Shown here: piece after piece, positions 51,565 through 60,727 of the stretch
Layout of the letters: each line of letters starts with the position of its first letter
Position numbering within the stretch: the first letter of the stretch is position 1
NCBI GenBank assembly: GCA_039028615.1
Contig: JBCCHT010000022.1
Location: 32,001-96,000, forward strand
Source of the DNA: Myxococcota bacterium
GTDB taxonomy: Bacteria > Myxococcota_A > Polyangia > Nannocystales > Nannocystaceae
Direction of reading: 5' to 3'
Length of the DNA: 64,000 nt
Translations under genes and position numbers: made by a program
The notes under the pieces: generated by a model
What the model was told of the DNA's origin: nothing
What the model saw: only the letters and a program-made list of their open reading frames with translations
Database searches by the model: none

Positions 51565-52530
51565 CTAACCCGCTGCGCCGCCGGCCTTGGCCAGCTGGCC
51601 CGCGTTGACCCCGGTCACGTCGAAGCCCTTGGCCTTGGCCAGCATCTTGTCCAGGACTTCGTCCCAGGGCGGAAGCTCGCCCTTGGCGAAGCGTATCGGG
51701 TTGCAGCGCGCGATGACGAAGGCCTTGAGGTAGGGGCTCTCGAGGCCCTTTTCCTTGAGTGCCTTCACCACATCGGCCACGACCCCGTCGAGCTCGAGCA
51801 GCTTGGCCGCCCGCGCCTCGCGGATACCGATGGACTCGGACAGCGGCTTGTCCGAAAAATCCTCGATGCGCTTGAGGATGGGGGCGTAGGCGCTGCCCGA
51901 GAACCGAGCCTTCTGCTCGTAACACACCCCCAGTGTCAGCAGCGGGGGCTCCTCGAACTCCATGGCGAAGGCGGACTCGGGTCGGTCGTCGAGGTCGGCC
52001 AGCGAGCGAGCCATGCGGATGACCTCGAGCGCCTTTTCCTTGACGTTGTGGGCCTTCTCCGTGTTGAGTGCGAGGATCTTGTACATGACCTCGGTCTGCG
52101 GAACGACCAGCGAGATGATGGTGCCGCCGCCCAGGTCGCGCACCGCGTTGAGTCGGTGCATGCCGTTCGGGGTCCAGTAGCCGCCCTCGGGCGCGCGCAC
52201 GGTGATGATCGGATCCAAGAAGCGGTCGAGCTTGTCGATGACCCCGGTCAGGCGCTTGGCGTGGGTCGCCGACAGGTCGCGCTGGAACGGGGTGGGCGCG
52301 ACCTTGTCGATGGGCAGCGCGGCCACGACCGTGAAGTGTCCGCCGATGGGCTCGCGGTAGGTGGCCAGCACCACGCCGCCGTCCGCCTCGATGGTCGTGC
52401 GCAGGTCGACGACGTCCTCGGGCACGTCCCCCTCGACCACCGCGCTCGGCGTCAGACCCCGCGAGCCGGGCTCGGCCTTCTTGCGACGAGTGGACTTCTT
52501 CTTGGTGGTCTTCTTCTTGCTTTCCGCCAC
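51565..52530 (-). CDS. Orphan ParB/Srx N-terminal-domain protein
   Basis: LPIDKVAPTPFQRD, FLDPIITV, TPNGMHRL, LALNTEK; Lys-rich N-terminus; GTG at 52530. Confidence 0.82.
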   Translation of the reverse strand: MAESKKKTTKKKSTRRKKAEPGSRGLTPSAVVEGDVPEDVVDLRTTIEADGGVVLATYREPIGGHFTVVAALPIDKVAPTPFQRDLSATHAKRLTGVIDKLDRFLDPIITVRAPEGGYWTPNGMHRLNAVRDLGGGTIISLVVPQTEVMYKILALNTEKAHNVKEKALEVIRMARSLADLDDRPESAFAMEFEEPPLLTLGVCYEQKARFSGSAYAPILKRIEDFSDKPLSESIGIREARAAKLLELDGVVADVVKALKEKGLESPYLKAFVIARCNPIRFAKGELPPWDEVLDKMLAKAKGFDVTGVNAGQLAKAGGAAG

Positions 52531-52788
52531 GGCGATCTCGCCTAGTGGTAACCGAAGCGGGACCCGCGGCGCCAGTGAGGCGCCCCTCACCAAAGCCGGC
52601 CCAAGTCGGGATGACGGCCGTTATTTGGCGTTCCCGGGGCGAATGCGCGATCGTGGACCCGAGTCCACCGGGGTCGCGCGACGAGCGGCTTTGGTCGTGG
52701 CATGAATAATCAGCGGCAAGATCGCATCCCACCTGACCGCACGCCCGCGCCCGTCCTCTCCTTCGCCTGCAGGATCCGACCTCACACC

Positions 52789-53472
52789 ATGAAAACCCGC
52801 GCTCGCACTCTGTTCAGCCTCGGCCTCGCTTCTGCCGCCCTCGTCGCCACCGCAGGGCTGTCGACCGACGCCGAGGCCCGGCCCAACATCAAGCGCCGCG
52901 GCGGGCAGTGGGGCGTGATGCTGGGCGGCTCGGCCTGCATTCCGGGCAAGGCCGAGTGCACGCGCGAGACGGTGACCATCGACGGCCGCACCCGGCCCTC
53001 GCTCGGCACGGGCGCCGAGCTCGGCTACCGCTTCAATCGCTACGTGTTCGCGGGCGCGGCCTACAACCTCGGGTTCTTCGACACCGAGTACTCCATCGCG
53101 GACAACGTGGGCACCTACCGCCGCGGCTATCAAAACAGCGTGTTCGGCGTGGTGCGCCCCACCCTCCCCGTGTGGCGCTTCGACTTCGGGCTGGGCGTCG
53201 GGGTCGGCTTCTCCCGCCAGACCTTCAAGTGGGACAACGGCAGCGACAAAGACTACTCGCAGGGCCTCGCGTTCAAGCTGGCGCCCTCGGTCGACATCTA
53301 CGTCAGCCGCCGCGTGTTCGTGGGCGCCAAGATGGACCTGCTGCTCAACGCCCATAGCCGCACCTGCCACCAGCGCGGCGCGAATACCAACTGCACCGAC
53401 GTCGCCACCGACGACATCGCGCCCGTGCATCAGATGATCTTCGGGCTGCACGTGGGCGGCACGTTCCTGTAG
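52789..53472 (+). CDS. Small outer-membrane beta-barrel protein
   Basis: Signal peptide ending AEA; about eight amphipathic strands (ELGYRF, FGLGVGVGF, FGLHVGGTF). Confidence 0.8.
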   Translation: MKTRARTLFSLGLASAALVATAGLSTDAEARPNIKRRGGQWGVMLGGSACIPGKAECTRETVTIDGRTRPSLGTGAELGYRFNRYVFAGAAYNLGFFDTEYSIADNVGTYRRGYQNSVFGVVRPTLPVWRFDFGLGVGVGFSRQTFKWDNGSDKDYSQGLAFKLAPSVDIYVSRRVFVGAKMDLLLNAHSRTCHQRGANTNCTDVATDDIAPVHQMIFGLHVGGTFL

Positions 53473-53483
53473 CGCGGCCCCGG

Positions 53484-54407
53484 TCAGCGACGCTGCATCC
53501 ATGCGGTGCACCGCGTGGCCCGGTCGGCAAAGCGCGATGCGACCGCACCGTGGATGGTCCGCACCCGAGCGGGGATGAACCGACGACTCGGAAACACGGC
53601 GTGGATGGGGATTGGCTCGCCCGCATACTGCGGTAGCACGTGGACCAAGCGACCATCTTCGAGGTCGTCGATCACGTCGAAGAGGCTCTTGAACGTGATG
53701 CCATGCCCGTCGATGGCCCATCGTCGCGCGAGGTAGCCGTCGCCGCACAGCGGATTGTCGGGGCGTACCTCGTGGAGCTTCGCCTTGTCTCGGTGACGGA
53801 GTGGCCACGCTCGCATCGGCTGCCCCCCCAGGTGCAGGGTCAAGCAACGATGACTCTCGAGCGCGCGCAGGCTGGTCGGAGCCCCCGCTTCGGCGAGGTA
53901 CGAGGGCGCGGCCACCAAGACGCCCGGACACTCGACGAGCTTTCTCGCCGATAGCGTGCTGTCCGCCAAGCGACCATAGCGGATCGCCATGTCGATGGCA
54001 TCACGCTGCAGGTGCTGGGGCGTGTCGCTGGTGTGGATCACGATCTGTAGAGCGGGGTGCTCTTCGTGGAGCGCTGCGGCCACCGGTTGGATCACCTCGT
54101 ATGCCGTGTCTGCAGGCGCCGAGAGGGTGACGCTCCCTGCGAGCTCGGCCCCGTGCTCCCGAGCGTCGTCCAGGGTTCGCCGCCACAGGTCGACGAGGTC
54201 TCGGCACCCCTCGATGAGCAGAGCGCCCTCGTTCGTCGGACGCAACGAACGCGTCGACCGCTCGAACAGCCGCATCCCCAGCGCCTCTTCGATTCGCTGA
54301 ATCGAAGCACTGACCGCGGCCGGAGTCAGGTGAACCTGAGCTGCTGCGCGCGTCATCGAGCCAGCTTCGGCAACACGGACCAACAGCTCCATATCGGGGA
54401 TCCTCAT
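53484..54407 (-). CDS. LysR-family transcriptional regulator
   Basis: GSMTRAAAQVHLTPAAVSASIQRIEEALGMRLFERSTR HTH; IDMAIRYG; ATG at 54407. Confidence 0.95.
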   Translation of the reverse strand: MRIPDMELLVRVAEAGSMTRAAAQVHLTPAAVSASIQRIEEALGMRLFERSTRSLRPTNEGALLIEGCRDLVDLWRRTLDDAREHGAELAGSVTLSAPADTAYEVIQPVAAALHEEHPALQIVIHTSDTPQHLQRDAIDMAIRYGRLADSTLSARKLVECPGVLVAAPSYLAEAGAPTSLRALESHRCLTLHLGGQPMRAWPLRHRDKAKLHEVRPDNPLCGDGYLARRWAIDGHGITFKSLFDVIDDLEDGRLVHVLPQYAGEPIPIHAVFPSRRFIPARVRTIHGAVASRFADRATRCTAWMQRR

Positions 54408-54431
54408 CACCTGCCTTATTACCAATATTTT

Positions 54432-54448
54432 ATTGAAAAAAGTACAAT
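54432..54448. promoter_or_regulatory. Putative LysR-binding box
   Basis: ATTG-N9-CAAT inverted repeat containing T-N11-A, in the AT-rich divergent promoter region. Confidence 0.55.
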
Positions 54449-54521
54449 TGAATCTCGCTAGAACCGAGACGAGCACAGCTCTACGTTGGAAGTGTCCAAC
54501 ACGGACAGAAAGTCCTGAACG

Positions 54522-54824
54522 ATGAGCTACTACTCCATCCTCGATGTCACCCCCACTTCCGACGCCTGGGTCGCGAACTACCTCCCCGTCGCCAACCGAC
54601 TGGTGGCGAAGCACGGCGGTCGATATCTCGCGCGCACGGCCAGTCATGAGCAGCTCGAGGGCGACGAAGCGAGCGCAGCGCTTCGCATCGTGCTCGAGTG
54701 GCCCACCGAGGAGGCGGCCAAGTCGTTCATGAGCGACCCGGAGTACGCCGAGCATCTAGCCGCTCGCACCGCCGGATCCGTCAGCCACCACTTCTTGCTC
54801 GAGGGCAAGGACGACTTCGCCTGA
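54522..54824 (+). CDS. DUF1330 family protein
   Basis: KHGGRYLAR, LEG, IVLEWP, F..DPEY motifs. Confidence 0.88.
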   Translation: MSYYSILDVTPTSDAWVANYLPVANRLVAKHGGRYLARTASHEQLEGDEASAALRIVLEWPTEEAAKSFMSDPEYAEHLAARTAGSVSHHFLLEGKDDFA

Positions 54825-54846
54825 GCCGTACGGGAGGACCTCGGAC

Positions 54847-55623
54847 ATGGCTCGCATGGCAACCGTCAACTATCACGTCCAGAGTGCACACCGGCCCACG
54901 TATCAAATCGATGCGGGCGGCGTGACGGGGAAAATCGTCTCCCCCGAGCACGTCGAGACCACCGTGAGAGTGAAAGACGTGCGCAGCGGAGAGGCCTCCG
55001 TCTCGTTCTCCGACGATGCGGTGATGTTCGAGCACCTCCCGACCGGCGTCACCTCGTTCGAGCAAGGCGACTGGAGGGCCACTTACGATCGAGAGCTCGC
55101 GTCGTTGTTGAAGGCCAGGGTCGGCGCGCACGAGGTGTTGGTGTTCGATCACACCATCCGGGAAGACGACCGGTCCTCTTCCCGGCGACCCGCCCGCAAC
55201 GTTCATACGGACTACAGCCCGGAGGGTGCCCGTCAGCGGCTCACCGATCTCCTGGGCGAGACCAGAGCGGCCGAGTGGGCTCGAGGGCACTACGCGTTCA
55301 TCAACCTATGGCGCCCCATCGGCCACCGGGTGAACAGTGCCCCCCTCGGTTTCGTTCGTCCGTCCAGCGTCTCGCCGGAGGACTGGGTGTCGATCGACCT
55401 GATCTATCCAGACCGCACGGGTCACATCATGGGCCTGTGCGCCAACGACCGTCACGAGTGGGTCTATTGCTCGCGCATGGGCCCCGACGAACTCGCGTGG
55501 TTCAACATCTTCGACAGCCGTGGGTTGCCGTCCGTTGCGCACAGCGCACTGAACCTCGTCGAAGATGACCGCGTCGCCGACATCCGCCGGAGCATCGAGA
55601 GCCGTACGCTCGTACGCTACTGA
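54847..55623 (+). CDS. CmcJ/NvfI-like Fe(II)/2-oxoglutarate-type oxidoreductase
   Basis: VFDHTIR, VHTDY (HxD), INLWRPI, APL, AHSA, RRSIESR motifs. Confidence 0.85.
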   Translation: MARMATVNYHVQSAHRPTYQIDAGGVTGKIVSPEHVETTVRVKDVRSGEASVSFSDDAVMFEHLPTGVTSFEQGDWRATYDRELASLLKARVGAHEVLVFDHTIREDDRSSSRRPARNVHTDYSPEGARQRLTDLLGETRAAEWARGHYAFINLWRPIGHRVNSAPLGFVRPSSVSPEDWVSIDLIYPDRTGHIMGLCANDRHEWVYCSRMGPDELAWFNIFDSRGLPSVAHSALNLVEDDRVADIRRSIESRTLVRY

Positions 55624-55634
55624 TCGACCGCCGG

Positions 55635-56570
55635 CTAGCGCCGTACACCCGTGACCAGCACGTAGTGCTTGCCGGTCACGAACACGCGGAAGCGATGCTG
55701 CTGCAGGTACTTCCGGTAGAATGCGACCCCTTTGATCAGCAAGGAGAGGTCCGGCTGCCGGAAGTTCTTCATGCGCGCGCCGTACTCGACCTCGCCGTCG
55801 AGGTAGCGACAATTGGGGATCCCGAGGATCACCGTGCCGGCCCGCGGCAGGCGATGCTGGACGATGTCGCGCAGGACCTCGCGATCGTCGACGCCCGGGC
55901 TCTGGAGCGTGCCCAAGCTGAGCACGAGGTCGAAGCGCCCCAGCTCGAGCCCGGAAAGCGCCCCCAGGTCGGCTTCGATGAACTCGTGGCGCGACGGGTC
56001 GAAGCGCTCACGGGCCCGCGCGATGGCGGTAGCGCTATGGTCCACGCCGACGAAGGATCCCGAGCGGCGCAGGGGTTCGGACAGCGCGGACAGCAGCGTG
56101 AACTCGTCGCCCGTGTTGATGCCCAGATCGAGCACCCGGGCGTCGTCGCCCAGCTCGGCGCGCTCCAGCGCATCGGCGAGGTCGACGATCAAGCCGGGGT
56201 CCTCGAGCTTGGAGATGCGCTGGTAGCCCGAGTCCATGCCGTATTTCTCGGAGACCTCGGGCACAGCGGTACCCTGCCAGCGCTGGGTCGGGTCGAGGGC
56301 CTCGAAGGTCAAGGCGATGAACCCGGGCGTGTGCACGCGCGGCGTAAACAGGCGTAGGCCGAGGCGCTCGGCCAGGTCCACCCAGAGTCGAAACGGCCGA
56401 TGCACGTGCGGTCGCCCCTCGTGTTCGACCCTCTCTCCCGCGTACCGCCCCACGCCGAGATCGGGATCGAGCACCTCGATGGTGACCCGCTCGCGACCGT
56501 CGACACACCGCGCGTTCAGGTGCTCGAGGATCACCAGCAGCGGCTCGTCGGTGAAGCGGCGCATCGACAC
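55635..56570 (-). CDS. Class I SAM-dependent methyltransferase with N-terminal extension
   Basis: VLDLGINTG motif I, VGVDHS, ADL, FDLVLS. Confidence 0.85.
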   Translation of the reverse strand: MSMRRFTDEPLLVILEHLNARCVDGRERVTIEVLDPDLGVGRYAGERVEHEGRPHVHRPFRLWVDLAERLGLRLFTPRVHTPGFIALTFEALDPTQRWQGTAVPEVSEKYGMDSGYQRISKLEDPGLIVDLADALERAELGDDARVLDLGINTGDEFTLLSALSEPLRRSGSFVGVDHSATAIARARERFDPSRHEFIEADLGALSGLELGRFDLVLSLGTLQSPGVDDREVLRDIVQHRLPRAGTVILGIPNCRYLDGEVEYGARMKNFRQPDLSLLIKGVAFYRKYLQQHRFRVFVTGKHYVLVTGVRR

Positions 56571-56585
56571 GACCTCGGGCTTCGC

Positions 56586-56990
56586 TCAGGAAAACGCGCT
56601 CACCAAGGCATCGGGAATCTTGGTGGGTCGACCGGTCTCGAAGCTCACGAAGACCCAGTGCGTCACGGCCCGCGCGAGCATGCGGTCTTCCCCGACCCGC
56701 TGGATCTCGGTGTGTCGCGAGCACGACACTCGCTTCCAGGGCTCCACGCGCGTGGTGACGGCGATGCGGTCCCCGAGCCGCGCGGGCAGCAGGTAGTCGA
56801 CCTCCTGCCGCCGTACGATGAAGATGCCGCCCAAGCGCCGATACGCGGCGTGGTCGAAGCCCTCCGCGTCCGAGTGGGCCCGCGCCGCATCGAGCACCCA
56901 GCGTACGTACACCAGGTTGGAGACGTGCTCGTTCTCGTCGATGTCGGCCGGCTCGACCGGCACCTCGAGCGTGAACCGAGGAACGCTCAC
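56586..56990 (-). CDS. Acyl-CoA thioesterase (4HBT/hotdog fold)
   Basis: DIDENEHVSNLVYVRW, EVDYLLPARLGD, GRPTKIP; GTG overlaps the upstream stop. Confidence 0.9.
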   Translation of the reverse strand: MSVPRFTLEVPVEPADIDENEHVSNLVYVRWVLDAARAHSDAEGFDHAAYRRLGGIFIVRRQEVDYLLPARLGDRIAVTTRVEPWKRVSCSRHTEIQRVGEDRMLARAVTHWVFVSFETGRPTKIPDALVSAFS

Positions 56991-58390
56991 CCGGGCACCC
57001 AGGTGGAGTGAAAGCCGGTGGGGATGCGTTGAGGCAGCGAGAGCGAGGCTCGCCGCTCCATGGTGCCCGCATCCAAGACCACGCAGCGCGACGACTGTCC
57101 CCCGCGCTCGTGCACGAAGCTCACCAACCAGCCGTCGTCTTCCGCCGTGGCCCCCGGGCGCGGCACGAACACCGCCTCGTCGCCCACCGCATCGGGGCCG
57201 ACCGCATAGGTCTGGCTGGCGCCCGACTCGAGGTCGTACTTGATCCAGCCGTCGAAGACCAAGGTGGGCTCCGCGGCCAAGCGGGGGTTGTAGCAGTAGC
57301 GGCTGGGCTGGCCGAGGCGCTGGTCGTTCATGCGCGGGAACTCGGTGGCCACGTCGTCGAGCTGCTCGCCGTGCACCATCCCGGTGACGAGGTTGATGCG
57401 CCAGCGGTGCAGCAAGGGCTCGAGCTCGAGGAACTCCAGCCGCGCTCGCGTCTGCGGGCCGACGTCGCGCGAGCTGGGCATGGGGTCGTCCACGCGGCAG
57501 GCGACCACCACGACCTCGTCGCCCTGCTCGTAGCAATTGATGACGTGATAGACGTAGCAGGCGTCGGTCTCGAACCACCGGGTGGTGTCGGAGGTGGCGT
57601 GCCGGTCGATGATGCCGAAGCGGGCCGGCATGTCCTTGCGGTAGGTGATCTTGCGACGACCGCGGGCGAGCTGCTCGACGTCCCACATCATGGGCAGATC
57701 GAGGAACACGGTGTAGCGGGGCGTGATGCCGATGTCGTGGAAGAAGCGCGGCCCGGGCATCTCGATGGGGATCACCGGGCCCAGCGTGCCGTCGGCCGCC
57801 ACCACGCCGTAGCTCAGAAACGGCGGCGCGTGGAACTGGAAGTCGAAGATCATCATCTCGCCCGTGGCCGGATCGACCTTGGGATGCGCCGACATCCAGG
57901 CCGGGAGCGCATTGCCGAAGCGCTCGGGGCCCAAGGTCTTCAGCGAGGGCACCTCCAGGCTGACGGGCTCCCCACCCAGCCACCACAGCGCCAGCAGCTT
58001 GCCCTGGTGCCAGACCAGGTCGGTATTGGCCGTGTCCTTGATGGGCGAGATCGGGTGCCGCACGTCCATCGGCTCCATGATCCCCTTCCACATCGCCGTG
58101 CCCGCCTGGGTCTCGGCGTCGAAGTGCTGCGACTGGACGTAGCGGTTGGTGTAGCGCGCCGTGCCGTCGGCGAAGTGCACCCCGTGCACCATCGCGTCGC
58201 CGTCGAACCAGTGGTAGCGCCCCTCGACGGGGAAGCGCGGGTTGGGCCCGTTGCGCACGAACATCCCGTGCAGCTCGGCGGGCAGCTCGCCTTCGACCGC
58301 CAGCTCGACGCCGTCATGCTCGTGCTCGACCGGTGCGTAGATGCCTTGCAGGTACTCGCTTCGAGGCGGCGTCTCGGGGTTCGGGCGCAT
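56987..58390 (-). CDS. Carotenoid cleavage oxygenase family (RPE65/lignostilbene dioxygenase-like)
   Basis: RNGPNP, HWFDGDAM; four Fe-ligand His (AHPK, FHDI, YHVIN, GFHSTW); EFPR; EAVFVP. ATG at 58390. Confidence 0.95.
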   Translation of the reverse strand: MRPNPETPPRSEYLQGIYAPVEHEHDGVELAVEGELPAELHGMFVRNGPNPRFPVEGRYHWFDGDAMVHGVHFADGTARYTNRYVQSQHFDAETQAGTAMWKGIMEPMDVRHPISPIKDTANTDLVWHQGKLLALWWLGGEPVSLEVPSLKTLGPERFGNALPAWMSAHPKVDPATGEMMIFDFQFHAPPFLSYGVVAADGTLGPVIPIEMPGPRFFHDIGITPRYTVFLDLPMMWDVEQLARGRRKITYRKDMPARFGIIDRHATSDTTRWFETDACYVYHVINCYEQGDEVVVVACRVDDPMPSSRDVGPQTRARLEFLELEPLLHRWRINLVTGMVHGEQLDDVATEFPRMNDQRLGQPSRYCYNPRLAAEPTLVFDGWIKYDLESGASQTYAVGPDAVGDEAVFVPRPGATAEDDGWLVSFVHERGGQSSRCVVLDAGTMERRASLSLPQRIPTGFHSTWVPG

Positions 58391-58432
58391 ACCAATGCTG
58401 ATACCATGCCGCGAAACCAGTCGGAGCCAACG

Positions 58433-59701
58433 ATGAACCGTGCCTTGATCCTCGGTGGAGCCCAGACCGATTTTGCGACCAGCTGGAGCCGCACGCCCAC
58501 GGGAGTGTTCGACCTGTTGCGCGACGTGGTGCCGCGCGGTCTGGAGGACGCCGCCGTCCCGCCCGAGGTCATCGCGTCGTTGGTGCCCGAAGGCCGCGTA
58601 GGCGTGTTCGTGGGCAATTTCGACGGCCAGGAATGGATGCGGCAAGGGCACCTGGGCGCCACGCTCAGCGAGGTGGACCCCGCGTTCGCCGGAGTCAGCG
58701 GCGCGCGCTACGAAGCCGCCTGCGCCTCGGGGTCGGTGGCCCTCGACGCGGCCGCCACCAAGATCCGCGCGGGCGAAATCGACCTGGCAGTGGTGGTCGG
58801 CATCGAGATCATGCGCTCGGTCGACGCCAAGAAGATCGCCGACTTCCTGGGCACCTGTGCGCTCTACGAAGACGAGGCCCGCGGCGTCGACTTCGTGTTC
58901 CCCAAGATGTTCGGGCAGATCACCGACCACGTGATCGAAAAGGCCGAGGTCCCCGAGTCGCGCATCGTCGATGCACTCACCCAGATCGCCCGCACCAACC
59001 ACGACAACGCCAAGCGCAACCCTCGGGCGCAGACCCGCCGCTGGGGTTTCGACGATGAGCGGGCCCAGCAGCGCGAGCGCGACTACAATCCGTACCTGGG
59101 CGGCCGTACGCGCTACCTCGATTGCTCGCAGATCACCGACGGCGGTGCAGTGGTCGTGCTCGCCTCCGAGAGCTTCGCCGCGGCGCATGCCAAGCGTACG
59201 GGCCGGGCGCGCCCCATGGCGGCCATCGAGGGCTGGGGGCACCGCGAGGCACCGATTCGCTTCCTGCCCAAGCTCGAGGCCTCCGACGGCAAGGCCAACC
59301 TGCTGCCCTGGACCCGTCGCGCCATCGCCGATGCCTACGCGCGAGCGGGGGTCACCGTCGATCAGATCGACGTCATCGAGACCCACGACTGCTTCACCGT
59401 CAGCGAGTACCTGCACCTGTCTGCGTTCGGCATCGCCGAGCCCGGCCACGAGTACCGGGCCGTCGAAGAGGGGCGCATCGGCCCGCAGGGCAGCCTGCCC
59501 GTCAATCCCTCCGGGGGGCTCATCGGCGCGGGGCACCCGGTGGGGGCCACAGGCGTGCGCATGGCCTTGGACCTCAGTCGGCAGGTCACCGGGCACGCGG
59601 GCGACACCCAAGTCGAAGGGGCCCGCCGCGGCGCCATGCTCAACATCGGGGGCAGCTTCACGACCAACATGTCCTTCGTGATCGGACGCGTGGAGCACTG
59701 A
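58433..59701 (+). CDS. SCP2-type thiolase (acetyl-CoA acetyltransferase family)
   Basis: EAACASG, CSQITDG, ETHDCF, NPSGGLIGAGHPVGATG motifs. Confidence 0.92.
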   Translation: MNRALILGGAQTDFATSWSRTPTGVFDLLRDVVPRGLEDAAVPPEVIASLVPEGRVGVFVGNFDGQEWMRQGHLGATLSEVDPAFAGVSGARYEAACASGSVALDAAATKIRAGEIDLAVVVGIEIMRSVDAKKIADFLGTCALYEDEARGVDFVFPKMFGQITDHVIEKAEVPESRIVDALTQIARTNHDNAKRNPRAQTRRWGFDDERAQQRERDYNPYLGGRTRYLDCSQITDGGAVVVLASESFAAAHAKRTGRARPMAAIEGWGHREAPIRFLPKLEASDGKANLLPWTRRAIADAYARAGVTVDQIDVIETHDCFTVSEYLHLSAFGIAEPGHEYRAVEEGRIGPQGSLPVNPSGGLIGAGHPVGATGVRMALDLSRQVTGHAGDTQVEGARRGAMLNIGGSFTTNMSFVIGRVEH

Positions 59702-60636
59702 TGGGCGCTCGCATCACGGGGACCGGTTCGTACTTGCCGACGACCGTCGTGGGCAACGATGCCTTCGAGGGCCCGCAGTTTCGCCTGCGCAAGGGCAGCG
59801 ACCGACGCCACCATGCCTCGCCCGAGGAGACCAGCGTGGTCATGGGCAGTACGGCGGGCAGCCGGGCCCTGCGCGCGGCTGGGGTGGACCCCGGCGACGT
59901 CGACCTGCTGCTGTGTTTTTCGGGCATGCCCGACTACCAGTACCCAAAAGACGCCAACCTGCTGCTCGATCGCATCGGGCTGAGCAACGCCACCACGTGG
60001 TCCATCGACACCGCCTGCGCCAGCTTCATCTCCGCCCTGGCCTGCGCCCACTCGGTCATCGAGGCGGGGCTGCACCGCCGCGTGTTGGTGGTGATGGTGA
60101 TGAGCTGGGTCCACCGCGGCATCGACCCCCACACGGACTACTCGAGCCTCGGCGATGGGGCGGCCGCGGTGGTGGTCGAGGCCGACGAGACCGGCTCGCT
60201 CGTCGGCGTGCTCGAGCGCAACGACCCGGGCGCCTTCGACTTCGTCCGGCTGCGCTCGCCCTTCGCCACCGGGAACGAAGAGCACTTCGAGTTCAGCCAT
60301 GACCCGCGCTACCGCGAGTACTTCGGGGTCACCGTGCTCGAGCCCGTACGGCAGCTACTGCAGCGCACCGACACCGCACCCGAGCAGATCGACTGGTTCC
60401 TCCCCCACCAGGTGGGGCTCACGCTGCAGCAGCTGTGGGCCGACGCGCTGGGCATCGGGCGAGACCGGGGCCTGACCACCTTCCCCACTACGGGCAACAT
60501 GTCGGCGGTCAACATCCCGATGATCCTCGACCATCACCTGCAACCGGGGACGGCGAAGATTCAGCGCGGCGACCTCATGCTGTTGTTTGCGCCCGGGGCC
60601 GGCATGCACCTGAGCGCCATGCTCTGGCGCTTGTGA
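59701..60636 (+). CDS. 3-oxoacyl-ACP synthase III (FabH-like) family protein
   Basis: GTGSYLP; Cys-His-Asn triad in TACAS, PHQ, GNMS; GDGAAA; GAG. TGATG coupling to the thiolase gene. Confidence 0.9.
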   Translation: MGARITGTGSYLPTTVVGNDAFEGPQFRLRKGSDRRHHASPEETSVVMGSTAGSRALRAAGVDPGDVDLLLCFSGMPDYQYPKDANLLLDRIGLSNATTWSIDTACASFISALACAHSVIEAGLHRRVLVVMVMSWVHRGIDPHTDYSSLGDGAAAVVVEADETGSLVGVLERNDPGAFDFVRLRSPFATGNEEHFEFSHDPRYREYFGVTVLEPVRQLLQRTDTAPEQIDWFLPHQVGLTLQQLWADALGIGRDRGLTTFPTTGNMSAVNIPMILDHHLQPGTAKIQRGDLMLLFAPGAGMHLSAMLWRL

Positions 60637-60668
60637 AGGGCGCGGCCCGATGCGCGACGAGGGGGTCT

Positions 60669-60726
60669 GCCCATGGGACATCCCGCGGTGTCCCATGGGA
60701 CATGTCCCCCCCGTGTCCCATGGGAC
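60669..60726. repeat. Three copies of the palindrome (TGT)CCCATGGGAC(A)
   Basis: Copies at 60670-60680, 60689-60702 (perfect TGTCCCATGGGACA) and 60714-60726. Confidence 0.9.
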
Positions 60727-60727
60727 C

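Noticed and set aside
49010..52732. 1240-aa minus-strand ORF, and many other long overlapping ORFs in the track
   Set aside because: These are antisense or alternate-frame shadows of well-supported genes, expected in high-GC DNA with few stop codons; they show no recognisable motifs.
60669..60726. CRISPR interpretation of the palindrome array
   Set aside because: Repeats of 11-14 bp and spacers of about 8-11 nt are too short, and no cas genes are in the window.
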